A stretch of 64,000 bases of DNA from Torpedo marmorata (taxonomy: Eukaryota): assembly GCA_977017645.1 (NCBI GenBank), contig OZ360233.1, positions 18,414,001 to 18,478,000 of the forward strand, in the 5' to 3' direction. Positions 1 through 14,149 of this stretch are shown here, piece by piece. The position numbers and the translations under genes were made by a program. The first letter of the stretch is position 1, and each line of letters opens with the position of its first letter. The notes below the pieces were generated by a model, which had not been told where the DNA came from, searched no databases, and saw only the letters and a program-made list of their open reading frames with translations.

Positions 1-290
1 TTCAGTGACCCAGGACCCTCCTGAAATAACGGATGAGGAAGGGGAGACCATAGTAATGAACTGTACGTGCACGACAGCATATGGAAATATATTCTGGTAC
101 ATACAACGTTGCGGGGAATCTCCAAAATACGTGCTGAAGACATATACTGTAGTACAGGACAGATTCAACGGTCTCCAGAATGTCAGGAGAGGCTTACCGC
201 TTCCTTGGAAAAAGGTAGCAAGATGTTTCATTTAAATATTTCCGGGATGTTCGTGTCGGACTGCGCCGTGTATTTCTGCGCCATGGAGCC
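1..290 (+). pseudogene. TCR alpha/delta V pseudogene, family A (5' part outside window)
   Basis: SVTQDPPEIT...MNCT...IFWYIQ...PKYVLK, then a frameshift near 146 to STGQIQRSPECQERL...AVYFCAME. RSS: CACACTG 291-297, 23-bp spacer, ATAAATACT 321-329. Confidence 0.9.
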
Positions 291-1279
291 CACACTGTTG
301 CTCGTAGATGGCGAATCCGAATAAATACTCCGGCTGTGCGCTTGAAGAGCGAAACAGGTGTAATGCACATGCATTTCGCGAGCGTCACGTGGTCTCCTTC
401 AGAGGATGAAACTCAGCGCAAAACTCGCCCGAATTTCAGCAATTCGTCTTTGTTACGAACCGTACGCATGAGCACAAATAAGCAATTTTCATAGGTTTAA
501 CGGGGCATCTCAGTGTCGTTTATAAACAACAACACACAACGGTTGACAATTCTCCCGGAAATCGTCTATAAACCACTTTTTTCGAGTTTCTCGTAATTGT
601 TACACCGGGGTTAAAGGGAAACATGGAGAGAGAGTAAACTTTTCATTCCCAAAACATCGTATAAGGTGTCACGTGCAAGGCTACTTCCCAAAAGATAAAT
701 TAAGTTAGATTATTCTGCATGGATGAAGGAAACGACTCGTTAAAAGAAAACAAGTAGTGGAGACAAATCGGCAATTATCCGATGGACAATTAATTACTGG
801 TCGAGAGCCACATCATTCAATGTGTTGTCTCATCGAGTGAACATCCACGTTATTTATCTCGAGCCAATGTCCTTGCGTCATGTCATGGCATTGGCGATTG
901 ATACAGCGAAAGGTGGATTAGAAAGGAGTGAGTGGGAAGAGAAATAGAGAGGGGAGAGAGAGTAGTTCGCAAGTATCACAGAGAATGACAGAGGAGAGAG
1001 GGAGTGAGAGAGGGAAAGAGAGGGAAATGGGGGGAGGGGAGAAAGAGGGAGGGAGAGAGATACGAAATATGAAGAGAGTGAAAAATGAGAGAAAAAAGAC
1101 TGCGAATGGCGACCGATTGGCTCAGCTCTGTTTCACCACAAAATCACGCAGCAGTGTGATACCACGTTTTTTCACCAAGTGAAGACTGCCTGCTGGTATT
1201 ATTGTACTGCACCATATAGGTCGAGGTACAAAGCCCTTGAAAGTAACCAGTCCCTCGCTGGAGCCTGCTGCCACACACC

Positions 1280-1678
1280 ATGCGTGGACCGGGTCCCTAT
1301 ATTGGCCGTGTTGCCTGCCGGATCTCTGTTACAGTGGCCAGAGTGGGTCCCGCGGGATACGTAGAAGCCCAGGCTGTTCACGAACTCATTTCAGGAACGT
1401 GTGGGAGACTTTCAGTGACCTTGGACCGAGGAAGGATAGACCGTAGTACTGAACTGTAGTTACCCGATAGGTGGTGAACATACTTTTGGTGCATTCTGCA
1501 TCGTCGGGTGGGGTTGCAGAGTATTCGTTGAAGGAAGTCAGCACAGGAAACATGGGCCAGCCACCAGAATGTCCGGAGAGGTTTACCGCTCTTCTATAGA
1601 AGACAGCAGGATGGCTCATCTAAATATTACCCCGCTGTTGCTGTCGCACTCCGTCGTGTATCTTGGTGCCATGCAGCC
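1280..1678 (+). pseudogene. Degenerate V pseudogene (17-bp-spacer lineage)
   Basis: Decayed leader at 1280, FR1 deletion, stops, and YLGAM in place of YLCAM. RSS: CACACTG 1679-1685, 17 bp, ACAAAAGCC 1703-1711. Confidence 0.85.
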
Positions 1679-2543
1679 CACACTGTTGCAGGGCGATGGA
1701 GAACAAAAGCCGATCATGTGTGCTACAAAGAGCGTGCACGAGAGTTGGCCATAGCATGAAATCCAAAGTGACAGCAAGTAAAATGCGTGGGTCACGTGGT
1801 CTCCATTAAAAGGGCGATAATCGGGAGCAAATATTCCCCAATTTTCAGGAATTGATCCTAAATTCGACTAATACCCCCAATCACAGATAGAGCCATCATA
1901 TTGGATTTATACCATGAGGACGCCAGAGGGCGCGCTGAGGCGGGAAAGTGTCGGAAGCGACGCTCAGAAAAAGAATTCACCGTAGCTTGAGGAATTTATA
2001 TTGAATGCAAGTTAATACGATTAAGAACATCACACAGGATTTCGAGAAAACCTTAATGTCTCTCACCCCATTATCTACAACAGGACATGGCACGCGAAAA
2101 CATTGCAGGAAAACGTTTTTCACAACATTGTTGGAGCTCCCTGCATGGAGAACGACCTGGCGATACATCGAATTTATCTCTCGAGAAAGCAAAAGATAAG
2201 GTGTTGAAACTATGATTCAGCTAGAGTGTCTTGCCATGTGTAGGGGATAGAACCACTAATGGTAAACTGTGAGGAAAAAGGGATTTTATTGGATGGTTAG
2301 TAAATAACTAGAACGATGTCACAGGATTCAAGGTGTGTCTCATCGAGCTCTTCCTCGCAATGATGATCCCGATAAATGCAACACGTGCAATGACATGGAA
2401 ATGGCGCAGAACATATGACATGGAGTCGCATTTTGAGAGAAGATGTAGAAAGGGCAAAGGGGAGAGAGACGTGTAGATGCAGAGAATTGCGAGTAAAGAG
2501 CGAGAGAAAGATATCGAAAACAGACAAGCAGAAAGAGAGAGAG

Positions 2544-2592
<49 letters not shown>

Positions 2593-3254
2593 ATGCGGGG
2601 AGAAAAGAGAGATAACGAGAATTTGGTGAAAGGTGGCAGGATGAGGGAGAAAGAGAAGGGTTATGCGTACAAATGACAAGGTGAACGCGGCCAGGATACA
2701 GAGGAAGTGATTGTCAGAAGAATGTCAGAATTAGTGCGATATGGTCGCAAGTACGCAGGTACGGAGAGACAGTAAGGGCGCAGCTGAGAGCGAGGACGTT
2801 AGAGAAACAGAGGGAAGTAAAGAAAGAGTAATGGAGGAAGAGAAAAGCTTAGTGCAAAAAGAAATGGAGAGGGATGCAGCAATAAAGCACATCCTGAAAG
2901 ATTTGTCGATTGTCAGCAGGGGGCGTTCTCGCCCCGTAGGTCTTCTGTTCGTACTTGCCCTGGACACCGATGCGACAGATTGATAGGTCTGAATCCATGA
3001 GAAAGTTGCACGAACGTTGACTCCACAAGTTCGGAGAGTCGTTCACTAGAGGTCGTATTCACCCCGCAGATCGTCGGAGGACACCTCAGCCTCCAGAGAG
3101 GTGAGAGGAGAGAGAGAGAGAGAGAGAGTGGGGGGGGGGGGGGTAAGAGAAGAAGCAATATGGAGAGTAAATGACAGAGATAGGGAAGTGGAGTCATAGA
3201 GAAAACAACTGAACTGCACTTAAAAGAAGCAATGAGATCAATTGAAATGGAGCA

Positions 3255-3421
3255 AATTCTGATTGGTGCCTTTATCAGCTCAGCTCTGTTTACCAGTCAT
3301 TCCTGCAGGTGGGCCACGCCCCCTGGTTGACCACTGATATGACTTTACTCATTTATATCGGTGAAGAGGCGATAAGTTCGTCAAAGTAAACTTCCTTTTG
3401 ATCGCCCCTGACGCTAGTACC
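3255..3421 (+). promoter_or_regulatory. Family-A V promoter module (inverted CCAAT box, GGCCACGCCCC Sp/KLF box, TGACG CRE half-site near the ATG)
   Basis: ctgattggtg ~3259, ggccacgcccc ~3312, cctgacgc ~3407. The same ordered motifs recur before the family-A leaders at 40.07, 42.64, 45.06, 47.53, 49.94, 52.42, 54.89, 57.36 and 60.44 kb. Confidence 0.6.
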
Positions 3422-3852
3422 ATGCGTCCCGTGTGTTGCTTCCTGATAATATTGAGCGCGCTACCCGGTGAGTTTCTGTCTAATTGTTCAGCGAGTGTCT
3501 CACATGTTGAACACGCTCGAGGATTGTTCATTCGTTGTGTCATTTGTTGCAGGAACGAGTGGGAAAGATTCAGTGACCCAGGACCCTCCTGAAATAACGG
3601 CTGAGGAAGGGGAGACAATAATAATGAACTGTACGTACACGACAGACATTAGAAATATATTCTGGTACATGCAACATCACGGGGAATCTCCAAAATACGT
3701 GCTGATGTTATATAGTTCAGGACAGATGCAACGGTCTCCAGAAAGTCAGGAGAGGTTTACTGCTTCTTTGGGAAAAGGTAGAAAGATGGCTCATCTAAAT
3801 ATTTCCGGGATGCTCGTGTCGGACTCGCCGTGTATCTCTGCGCCATGGAGCC
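3422..3852 (+). pseudogene. TCR alpha/delta V, family A, frameshifted in FR3
   Basis: Leader 3422-3467 (MRPVCCFLIILSALP-G), GT..AG intron, V exon from 3553. A 1-bp deletion at ~3826 (GACTCGCC vs GACTCCGCC) removes the YLC from frame. RSS: CACACTG 3853-3859, 23 bp, ACAAATACT 3883-3891. Confidence 0.88.
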
Positions 3853-4371
3853 CACACTGTTGCAAGGAAGTGGCGAATGCGAACAAATACTCCGGCTGTG
3901 CGCTGTAAAGCGCACTCACTTGAAGGCGATCTGAGGAGCAAAAATGCACATGAATGCCGCGAGCGTCACGTGGTCTCCTTCAGAGGACGACACTCAGCGA
4001 CAAAAGTCGCCCGAATTTTAGCAATCCGTCTCCATACCAATCGTACGCATAAGCACAAAAAAACAATTTACATAGGTTTAACGGGGCATCTCAATGTCCA
4101 TTAAAGTTGCTGATGTACAACAAAACAGAACCGTTGACAATTTTCCCGGAAATCGTCTATAAACCACTGTTCGAGTTTCTCGTGATTTTTACAGTGGGTC
4201 TAAAGGGAAACCTGGCGATAGAGCAACATTTTCATTCCAAAATATCGTATAAGGTGTCACGTGCAAGGTTACTACACAGAATATAAATTAAGTTAGATTC
4301 TTCTGCATGGATGAAGGAATCGACTCGTTAAAGGAAAACAAGTAGTGAAGACATAAGGGCGATTTTATTTT

Positions 4372-5720
4372 CCAAGATTAATAGGAATATATCTAATCCG
4401 ATACTCAAACATACATTGCGAATCTGGTTAAAATTTATGAAATTTTAATTTAAAAACTTTGTGTTATCTAGTGCTATCTCTCATAACTATTTTTTCGACC
4501 ATCAATAATTGATCAATTTTTCTCTATTTGGAAAACCAAAGGTATTGTTTCTTTTGCAGATTTATTTAAGGAAGGTTGTTTAATGTCTTTTGAACAGCTT
4601 GCAAGTAAATATGACTTACCAAATAATCATTTTTAAAGATATTTACAGATTAGAAATTTGTTAAATATCATATTACGGGATTTTCCATTTATATATCCAC
4701 CATATTTAGTTGATAATATTTTCCAATTGAATCCTTCTCAGAAAGGTTTAATTGGAATTATATATGATAGATTATTAAAATTACGTCCAGTACTTCATGA
4801 TAAAATTAAAAAGACTTGGGAACTGGAATTTGCAAGACCCTTATCTGAGCATCTGTGGGACAAGATTTTTAAATTGGTAAATACATCTTCTATATGTGCC
4901 CGACATTCATTAATCCAATTCAAAGTGGTGCATCGTGTTCACATGTCCAAAGATAAATTGGCGAGTATTTTTTTTGTAATATTAACCCTATTTGTGACAG
5001 ATGCAAATCTGAAATTGCTACATTGACACATATGTTTTGGTCTTGTTCATCCTCAGAAAACGATTGGAAAGAAAATTTTAATATCTTTTCAACTATACTC
5101 CAGGTGGGGCTACGACCCATTCCAATAACTGCTCTTTTCTGGGTTAGGGAGTTTTGCTGTACCTGTTCAAGGGGTTGTTGCCTTCTCTACACTGTTGGCT
5201 AGAAGAGCCATCCTATTCAAATGGAAAGACTCTAGACCTCCAACAGTGTTTCAATGGTTTTCTCATATTATGTCTTGTTTAAGCTTAAAAAAATTAGATA
5301 TCATGTATTTGATTCATGGGTGAAATTTGAAGATACATGGCGACCTTTTATGTCTTCTTTTCATATGATGTAAGTGTTTCTAATGTGATTAGATGTATTT
5401 ACCCTTCTTTTGTTTTTTGATTTACGGTAGGAACCAAAAATTACAAAATATATATAACCTTCAGGTTGAGCTGCTCAGCTGTTTATTTGTTATTTTTTTA
5501 AATTAGAGTATGTTTGGTGGTTTTTAACATATATATGTATAATACTTTTGATGTTTTGTTTTCATTGTCACCTATTGCAGTGGAGGGGGATCGAATTTAT
5601 ACTGTTTGAAATTTTATTTTAATATATATACATATGTGATATTGTATTTTCAATTTCGTTCCCTTTTCTTCATTGTATTGGTAATTCTTATAAATATCAA
5701 TAAAAAAGATGGAAAAGGAA
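4372..5720 (+). mobile_element. L1-clade LINE 3' fragment (ORF2 C-terminus and 3' UTR)
   Basis: ORF 4658-5026 (SSICARHSLIQFKVVHRVH) followed by a CDRC..ATLTHMFWSC zinc-knuckle region; AATAAA and A-rich tail at ~5700. Confidence 0.8.
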
Positions 5721-5729
5721 AGAAAGAAA

Positions 5730-6885
5730 ATTCTCCAGAAAATCCATCAGGACCTGATGACTTCTCAGAATGTAATGAACGTACAGCCTCGGCTGTACGA
5801 AATAGGTTGATCCATCTACTTTTGATTAGCAGCAGAAAGTACAGGAATATTCAATTGATCTCAAAACTATTCATTACAACATTATCCTTAGGAGAATCGG
5901 AACTATAAAGTTCATAATAAAATTCCTCAAAGGTATCATTTATTTCTAAAGGATCAGTTGTCATATCACCATTAGCTTTGCGAATTTCTATAATTTGTCG
6001 TTGGCGACTAAAGCTTTTAATTGATTAGCCAATAGTTTACCTGTTTTATCTCCATGAATATAAAATTGACTTTTACCTTTTAAAAGTTGACTTTCAATTG
6101 AATACATTAGAAGAAGATCATATTTAGTTTTAATTTCGACACGCCGTTTATGTAAAGCAGGGGCTGGAGCCAGAGCATACTTTTGATCTAATTGTTTCAG
6201 TTGGTTAGCTAAATCAGTTTTATATTTATTGGCGTTTTTCTTAATACTTGCAGTATAAGAAATAATTTGCCCCCGAATAAAAGCCTTGAAAGCGTCCCAG
6301 ACAATAAGACTGGAAATCTCTCCCTCAGTATTTTTTTTCAAAAAAGAAAGTAATTTGTTCCTCCAAGAACTTTAAACAATCTTTATCAGAAAGTAAGGTT
6401 GAATTAAATCGCCAATATCTGTTTATTTGGGGAAGACCAAGGAAGTTCAAAGATAAGAACACAGGAGCATGGTCGGAAAAGACTATATTTGTATGTTCAG
6501 AAGATCGAATTAGTGGGATCATTTGACTGTCAATAAAAAATAGTGGATCCGCGAATATGTCTGATGAACGTGAGAGAAAAACGAACACTCCCTATCGTCT
6601 GGATGACAAAAAACGCCAGACATCAATAATGCCACATTTTAATAAAATATATTGAATGAATAAAGCCGATCTGTTCAAAATGGCTGGTTTAGAAGACGAG
6701 CTGTCCAAAACCGGATCTAACCAGCAATTAAAGTCTCCTCCCATCACTAATGAGTAAAGGCAAGGATGAAAAAAAAACGTTCAAAGAATCCAGGGCCATC
6801 CACATTCGGAGCATAAACATCAGCAAACACTATCAATTTATTATATAATTTACCTGTCACGATAACGAAAGGACCGTTTGCATCT
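5730..6885 (-). mobile_element. L1-clade LINE ORF2 fragment (endonuclease end and linker)
   Basis: Minus-strand motifs GGDFNCWLDP, SDHAPV, WRFNSTLL, IVWDAFKAFIRGQIISY, HGDKTGKLLANQLK. Confidence 0.8.
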
Positions 6886-8009
6886 CCCTTTAAAATATTT
6901 GTATTGATTTTATAGAAAAAACCCTTTATACATGGTTTTTAATTGATTACATAATTCAATTCAATTCATAGTATATACATAACATATATAGATTGTAACA
7001 CAGAATATAAACCATAATTATCAGGCAACGTACCTTCCTCAAAACCTTGGATTCTAATGTTAAACAGAAAATAACAAGATGGAATTAAGAATTCCATATA
7101 AATGGACTTTATATCTTCATCTTATTCTATAATGTGATCATTATTCATTGTCTACTGTAGCCTGGTTTTCTCTGGAAATAAGAACAAATAAAAAACAAAA
7201 AAGAAAAAAAAAAGAAAAAAGACCCCCCCCCCTACTAATCCTACCCCTCCCACTGAACAAGGTTAACCTACATTTAATAAGTAGATATGAATCGAATCGC
7301 GACTCCTGGACATCAGACAGGGAATCCTCAGAGCATCCACAAAACTAAATCTTCAAGTTATGATGGTAATCCATGAATGGGCCCCACATCTTGTCGAATT
7401 CAACCTTGACATCTTTAATGTTATATCTAATTTTCTCCAAACTTAAGTAAGACATAATATCATCCAACCATTGCATATGAGTAGGTGAAGAATTATCTTT
7501 CCATTTCATCAGAATTGCTCGTCTGGCTATGAACGAGGTAAAGGCTTGGATTCATTTTTGGGTTGAAGTCAAGGGTGCATCCTCTTCTTGAGAGAAACCA
7601 AACAAAGCAATTAAGGGGCAAGGTTCTAATTTGATAAAGTTTGGAAAATTTGTTCCCAAAATGTTCTTAATTTGGGGCACTCCCAAAAGATATGAATCAG
7701 TGAAGCTTCAAAGATTTTACATTTATCACATAGTGGATCAATATCAGTATAAAAACGAGATAATTTAACTTTAGACATGTGTATTCTATACACCACCTTA
7801 AATCGTAACAAACAATGTCGTGCACACAATGAAGATTCATTAATCAAATTTAGAGTGGTGTCCCACTCCTCATCTGAAAATAATATATTCAAATCCCGTT
7901 CCCATTCATTCTTGATCCCAGTCACTGAGGCCATTCTTAGGTCCATCAAATTATTGCAAATAATTGATATCAATCCACCATGGGAGAACTGAAAATCAAA
8001 AAGTAAATC

Positions 8010-10717
8010 AAGAACATTTATTTCTATCACCCGTTATTAATTTTGATTCCCATTTATATATAAAATCTTCTGGTATTTTTTCTCCTTTCTTATCTAATTC
8101 TATTTTAATCCACGTTGACCTCTCTCCTTCTTGACAAAAAGATGCTATAAATTTCATTTGTGCTGCTTTATAATAATTCCTAAAATCTGGAAGTTGTAAA
8201 CCTCCCAACTCATATCTGCATGTTAATTATTCTAAAGAAACCCTCGACATCTTACCCTTCCAAAGAGATTTCCTTATACATTTATTTAATTCTTGTAAAA
8301 ACGTTTGTGGTAATAGTGTCGGTAATGTTTGAAACAAATATTATAGCCCTCTGTTGAAACATTTGATTAATATGTGGAAAAAAAGCAAACATTGATGATG
8401 AAATGAGGGGATCTCTGTTATCAAGAATGTCTTTCAAAGAATGAAAGATAAGTTTAATGTAGCAAACAATACAATCTTTGCTTACTATCAAATCAGAGCA
8501 TTTTTAGTTGAAAGGTTGGGCCATAGTTTGATTTTACCAAGACAGACAGAATTGGAATTATTAGTTACCAATGGAGGTGTTAATAAATTTATTTCTCAAA
8601 TGTATAGATTGTTACAGAGGAAAATGCCTAAAGCAGGAATTCATAAATCATGATTAAATTGGGAAACAGATTTGAACGTAACAATAGATGAAGAAAATTG
8701 GAAAGAATTATGTAAACAAAGTATGAGGAAAATTATTAATGTTAGATATAGATTGGTGCAATATAAGTTTTTCATCAATTATATTTAACACCTAAAAAAT
8801 TAAAGAAATGTAATCCAACATTATCCGGCTTATGCTTTCGATGTAATAGAGAGGAAGGTTCTTTTGTACATTCTACATGGCTTTGTCCAAAGATATATGA
8901 TTTTTGGTTGAAAGTTAAAAAGTTTTTAGATAAAGTATTACGAATTAAACTCCCAATGGATCCTATGATATTTTTGTTTGGAGATATTAAAAGAACCAGT
9001 GTTAAAATGAAATGAAATATGTATCAAACAGAATTTTTACGTATTGCTTTAGCTGTTTCCAAGAAATGTATTGCCATTACATGGAAATCGGATGTAGAAT
9101 TATGGTTAGAAAGATGGCATGCAGAATTGCGTTCATGTATACCACTTGAAAAAAGTACTTATAATTTACGTAATAAATATAATTTCTTTTTGAAAATATG
9201 GAACCCATATATAAAAACTGTCGGTTTAAGGATTTGAAGATCTCCGGATATTGTATCTGAGTGGCGAACCTGTGTTCCACAATAAAATTAGTTTATAGTT
9301 GTTTTGTTTAGAGTGACATTCTCCTTACTTTATCTTTTTCTTCCTTCTTTCTTTCTTTCGGGAGGGTTAGGGAGGGGAGGGAGGGGGGTGAAAATGTATC
9401 ACATGTGATCTGATAATTTTTCATTTTAAACTATGTACTGTGTGATTTAAAAATTTTTAAATAAAATATTTAAAAAAAAGAATGTCTTTAATTCAAAATC
9501 GACTTATTCCTTTTACAATAGATAATCAACTATTACATGTATGTTCTCGCAAAAGAATTAAATATATAGAAGATTGTTATGAAGCCGATAAATTAATGTC
9601 ATTTGAACAATTAAGATATAAATATGGAATACAAAATAATACACTTTTTATTACTATCATTTAAAAGCATATTTAAGAGAAAAATTAGGCCCAACAATAT
9701 TATTACCGAAACCTAGTGACATTGAAATTTTGATTCGAAATAGACGTATAAAAAGTTTTACTTCAGTTATGTATAATTTATTACATAAAGGAGCTTTAAA
9801 AATGGGATTCATAGATCTAGACAAAGATGGGAGATGGATTTGAATATAAATATTTATGAACGAAATTGGTCGGAGCTATGTCGAGATAGTATGACAAATA
9901 CAATAAATGTTAGGTATAGATTGGTTCAATATAATTTCTTGCATAAATTATATATTTCACCACAGAAACTGAAAATGTTAAAATCAGAGTTATCAGATCA
10001 ATGTTTTAGATGTAATCAGGAAATAGGAACTTTTTTATATTCAACTTGGTCTTGCCCTAAAGTAAGATCTTTTAGGACAGATTTAAAAACCCTTTTCGAA
10101 CAGATTATGAGAATTAAATTTCCACAAGATCCAATGTTGTTTTTATTAGGTAATATTGAGGCGAAAAGACACAAATTCAAATTAAATATTTATCAAATTT
10201 TTAAAATAATTGCGTTAGCAGTTGCAAAAAATGTATAGGAGTAACTTGGAAATCAGACTCCCATTTGGGTATGCAAAGGTGGAATACAGAAATGCGTAGT
10301 TGTATCCCACTTCAGAAGATTACTTACAATTTAAGAAATTATTATGATGTATTTTTGAAAATATGGCGCCCATATTTACAAACTGTAGGAATAAACTTAT
10401 AGTTTTGTCTTTTCCCTTATCAAGTGCCTCATCAATTTCCCCCTGAGGAATATATGAAGAACAAAAAAGTAACTAATTAAAAACCGTGATGTAGGTTGCG
10501 ACATTTTACCATTCAGGTCACTTTATCTTTCTTCATACTTTTCTTTTATTTCTTTTCATTCTTCTTTTCGGGGATTTTGGTTTGGGGAGGGGGGAGGGGG
10601 GCTGGGGTTTAACCATCGTGTATCTGTAGTGTAATAATAATAAATTGACATCTTGCTATGTATTATATGATTGTGCATGTATGGATACAATTTTTAAAAT
10701 ACAATATACAAAAAAAA
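8010..10717 (+). mobile_element. 5'-inverted (twin-primed) L1 insertion carrying a further nested L1
   Basis: The minus-strand part ~8025-8345 (GGLQLPDFRNYYKAAQ...WESKLITG) is directly continued on the + strand by PLLKHLINMW (~8346) and MSLIQNRLIPF (9482), through the C-terminus to an A-tail at ~10717. Candidate TSD AAAATCAAAAAGTA (~7992) / AAAATCAGAAAGTA (~10714). Confidence 0.72.
8435..9477 (+). mobile_element. Nested L1 3' fragment with 12-bp TSD
   Basis: L1 C-terminal ORFs 8441-8653 and 9019-9237, AATAAA and poly(A) at ~9460-9479, TSD AAGAATGTCTTT at 8423-8434 and 9478-9489. Confidence 0.8.
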
Positions 10718-13502
10718 TCAGAAAGTATCGACTGAACAAAATGCCTAACTTGTCAGTATCCAAAAAGATGGCTGTCAGTAAGTTTAGATTTTGATGTCAA
10801 TTTTTCGAAAGAAGCAGAATTAACTCGAATAAAAAGATCCTTGAAACTTTCTATACCTAATCTGTACCACTCCTTAAAACCTGTGTCTAACAAGGAAGGC
10901 TGAAAATGATGATTATGTATAATAGGGCTGGCAAGAGAAAAACTATGATATCCAAAACATTTCCTAAATTATGCCCATATTCTCAACCTATGCCTCGTTA
11001 TCGGATTATCCGTAAATTTAGAAAAAGTAAAAGGGTAAAGAAGAACCTAAAATTGCCAACATGGATGAGTTTTTAGAAAAAATCAGTTCCATTTATTCCC
11101 AGGAAGGGCGATCGATTAAATTATCAAAATGTAATAATAATAACAAATTACGTATATTGACTGCCCAATAATAAAATCTGAAATTTGGAAGTGATATTCC
11201 CCTATTCCTTTTAGTCTTTTGAAGATGAGCCTTATTTATACGAGGTTGTTTTCCTTGCCATATATACGAAGAAATAATCGAATGTAATGAATTAAAGAAG
11301 GATTTAGGAATAAAAATTGGTAAAGATTGAAAATGATACATAAATCTAGTTAAATGTTTATTTTAATTGCATTATACGTCAAATCCTGGTAATAAATAGG
11401 GGTGACCATCCTGATAATAATACTTCAGTCTGATTAATTAGTACCGAAAGTTTTTCTTTCAATAGGTTTTTATAACTTCTAATAATTTTAATTCCCAGAT
11501 ATCTGAATTGATCTTTAACTATAATTGGCATATCTTGAAAAGGACCCTTTTAGGGGTAATAATTCACTCTTATACAGATTTATTTTATAACCCGAAAACT
11601 AACTAAATTGGAAAAATAAGGTTAATATACTTGGTATAGAAGTCTCAGGATTTGAAATAAAGAGCAAAATATCGTCTGCATAAGAGAAACTTTATGTTAA
11701 ACTCCATGCCTGATTATTCCAGTAACATCTCTACTCTCACGAAGGGCAACTGCTAGGGATCCAAAATCTGGTCAAAAAGCAAAGGGTTTAAAGGGCAACC
11801 TTGTCTAGTTCCCCTATAAAGCCTAAAAAGTTTCTATTGTTGTGAATTAGAACGATTTCAAGCCGGAGGACATGAATATAATAGTTTAATCCACAAAAAA
11901 ATTTGGAGCAAAATTAAATTTTCTTAAGGTCGAAAACAAATATTCCCATTCCACTCGATCGAACGCCTTCTCGGCATCTCATGAAAGAACACATTCAGTC
12001 GATGGAGTGGAAGGTAAATATAGAATATTCAATAGTCGATGTATATTATAGTAAGAGTAACTATTTTTAATAAAACCTGTCTGGTCTGTATCAATAATTA
12101 ATAGTAAATATTCTCTAATCTATGAGCTAGAACTTTACATAAAATCTTCATGTCTACGTTAAGTGATGAAATAGATCTATAAGATGTACATTCAGTTGGT
12201 TCCTTCCCTTTTTACAAAATAAGAGATATACTTGCTTCATTAAAAGAGGATGGAAGCTTCCCATCCTTAAACGAGTCCCCAATCACTGAACGTAGATGAG
12301 GTAAAAGCCATTTGGAGAAAGATTTGTAAAATTAGGCAGGATATCCATCTGGTCCTGGAGATTTACCAGATTGTTATGAGGAAATAGCTAAAAATATTTC
12401 CTCTTGAGAGATAGGTGCCTCCAGACTTGTACGTCTGTCCTGGGTAAGGATAGGTAAATTTAAGCGATCTACACAATCCGACATTGAAGTAATATCTTTA
12501 TCAAATTCAGAAATATAAAGGTTAGAATAAAATTCTATAAAAGTCTCATTTATTTCAAAATAATCTGTACTCGTTTTACCATCTCTCGTCCGAATTTCTT
12601 GTTGATTTGCTTTTTAGCTGAAATTCCTTTTAATTGTCCAGCCAATAATTTACCAGATTTTTCCCCATGAATATAAAAATGACTCCTACACCTCAACAAT
12701 TGCTGTTTAATAGGGTAAGTAGAGAGAAGGTCAAATTTATTTTTAAGTTCAACTCTTCTTTTATATAAATCTGGATTTTTATCTTGAGCAAATAATAAAT
12801 CAATTTGTTTAATCTGATTAATTCATTCCAACCTTTCCTTTGTGGTCTTTATCTTAATATTGGCTGTATAATAAATGATCTGCCCTCTCAAATAAGCCTT
12901 CATTGTGTCCCACACAATCAGATTAGATATCATTGGGGAAGAGTTGGTAGTAAAAAAAACTGTATTTTCCTCTCAATAAAATTTAAAAATTATTTGTCCG
13001 CAAGTAAAGATGTATTAAATCTCCATTGCCTTTTTTTAAATGGAAAATCAGAAAAATTCAAAGTCAGGATAACAGGAGCATGATCGGATATAACTATTCC
13101 TTAGTATTCACATGTTTTAGTCATGGAAATCAATTGGTTGTCAATTAAAAAGTATTCAATTCAAGAGTAAGAACGATGCACATTTGAAAAAAAAGATTAT
13201 TCTTTATTGTTGGGATTTAAAAAAAGCCACACATATGAAACACCAAGATTTAATAAAGAAGACTGAACTACAGCTGCGGATTTAGGGAGAATGGCTGGTG
13301 TTGAAGAAGAACGATCTAAAAGCGTATTTAAAAAGCAATTAAAATCTCCTCCCAAAATCAATGAGTACTGATTTAAATCAGGTAGGGCTTATATTTTTCC
13401 AAAAATGCCGGCTCATCAATATGTGGGGCGTAAACATTAGCCAATAATAGAAACTCCTCCGCATCGGAAGAGGAATGAAAACATTGCCCCTTCCATCTAA
13501 AC

Positions 13503-13877
13503 CAATGGTTTTCAAACTGCCCCCCTAAACTCACATTCCACCTTAAGTAATCCCTATGCCATAAATTCTCTGTGATTAGTAAGGGATTGCTTAAGGTGGT
13601 ATGTGAGTGGATATAAAAAGGTTTGAAAACCACTGTTTTAATCATACCTAATTGACTCGTTATGTGCACGGTTTCATAACTCCAAAGGAAATGGGCCAAT
13701 GACAATTTTCTCAAGCAAAATATTTCAGTAACAATTGGGTCTGGAATAGTGGTTCTCAACCTTTCCTTCCCACTCACATACCACATTAAGCAACCTCTTA
13801 CAATTCACAGAGCAATTATGGTATAACGATTGCTTAAGGTGGAAAGTGAGTTTAGGGGGGTAGTTTCAAAACCACTG
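13503..13877. mobile_element. hAT-type MITE / non-autonomous DNA transposon
   Basis: Long terminal inverted repeats (CAATGGTTTTCAAACTGCCCCCCTAAACTCAC... / ...GTGAGTTTAGGGGGGTAGTTTCAAAACCACTG) flanked by a perfect 8-bp TSD ATCTAAAC (13495-13502, 13878-13885). Confidence 0.85.
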
Positions 13878-13888
13878 ATCTAAACATT

Positions 13889-14148
13889 AGTCAAGTGAAG
13901 TCAAGTCAAGTCAACTTTATTTGTCGTTCATTACCATATAAACAGTAAGACGAGATAACGATTCTCCAGGACCATGGGCAGATGTACATAAATATCATAA
14001 TACAATAGAAAAACTATAACATGCTAATACACATATATATCTAGGAATTGAGAAGCCTGATGGCTTGGGGGAAAAAACTGTTGCACAGTCTGGAAGTACG
14101 AGCCCGAGTGCCTCGGTACCTCCTTCCAGATGGCAAAGGGGAAAACAG
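13889..14148 (-). mobile_element. Short retroposon 3' end with (TTGAC)n tail, probably Rex1/Babar-related
   Basis: GTCAAGTGAAGTCAAGTCAAGTCAACTTTATT reads on the minus strand as AATAAA followed by a short tandem-repeat tail; family assignment is tentative. Confidence 0.45.
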
Positions 14149-14149
14149 T

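Larger units (their letters stand above)
1..3256 (+). repeat. Segmental duplication copy 1 (near-identical to 60745-64000)
   Basis: Same sequence and ORFs at an offset of ~60,744 bp, with scattered SNPs and microsatellite length differences. Confidence 0.92.
6890..13470 (-). mobile_element. Long decayed L1-clade LINE (EN-RT-C-term), interrupted by nested L1 insertions at ~8006-10717
   Basis: C-terminal CARHCLLRFKVV/CDKC..HIFWEC (7626-8030), LPNFRFYYWA (11093-11341), RT YADD at ~11670-11681 (ATCGTCTGCATA on +), and endonuclease remnants SDHAP/GGDFNC/NVYAP at 13070-13450. Confidence 0.78.
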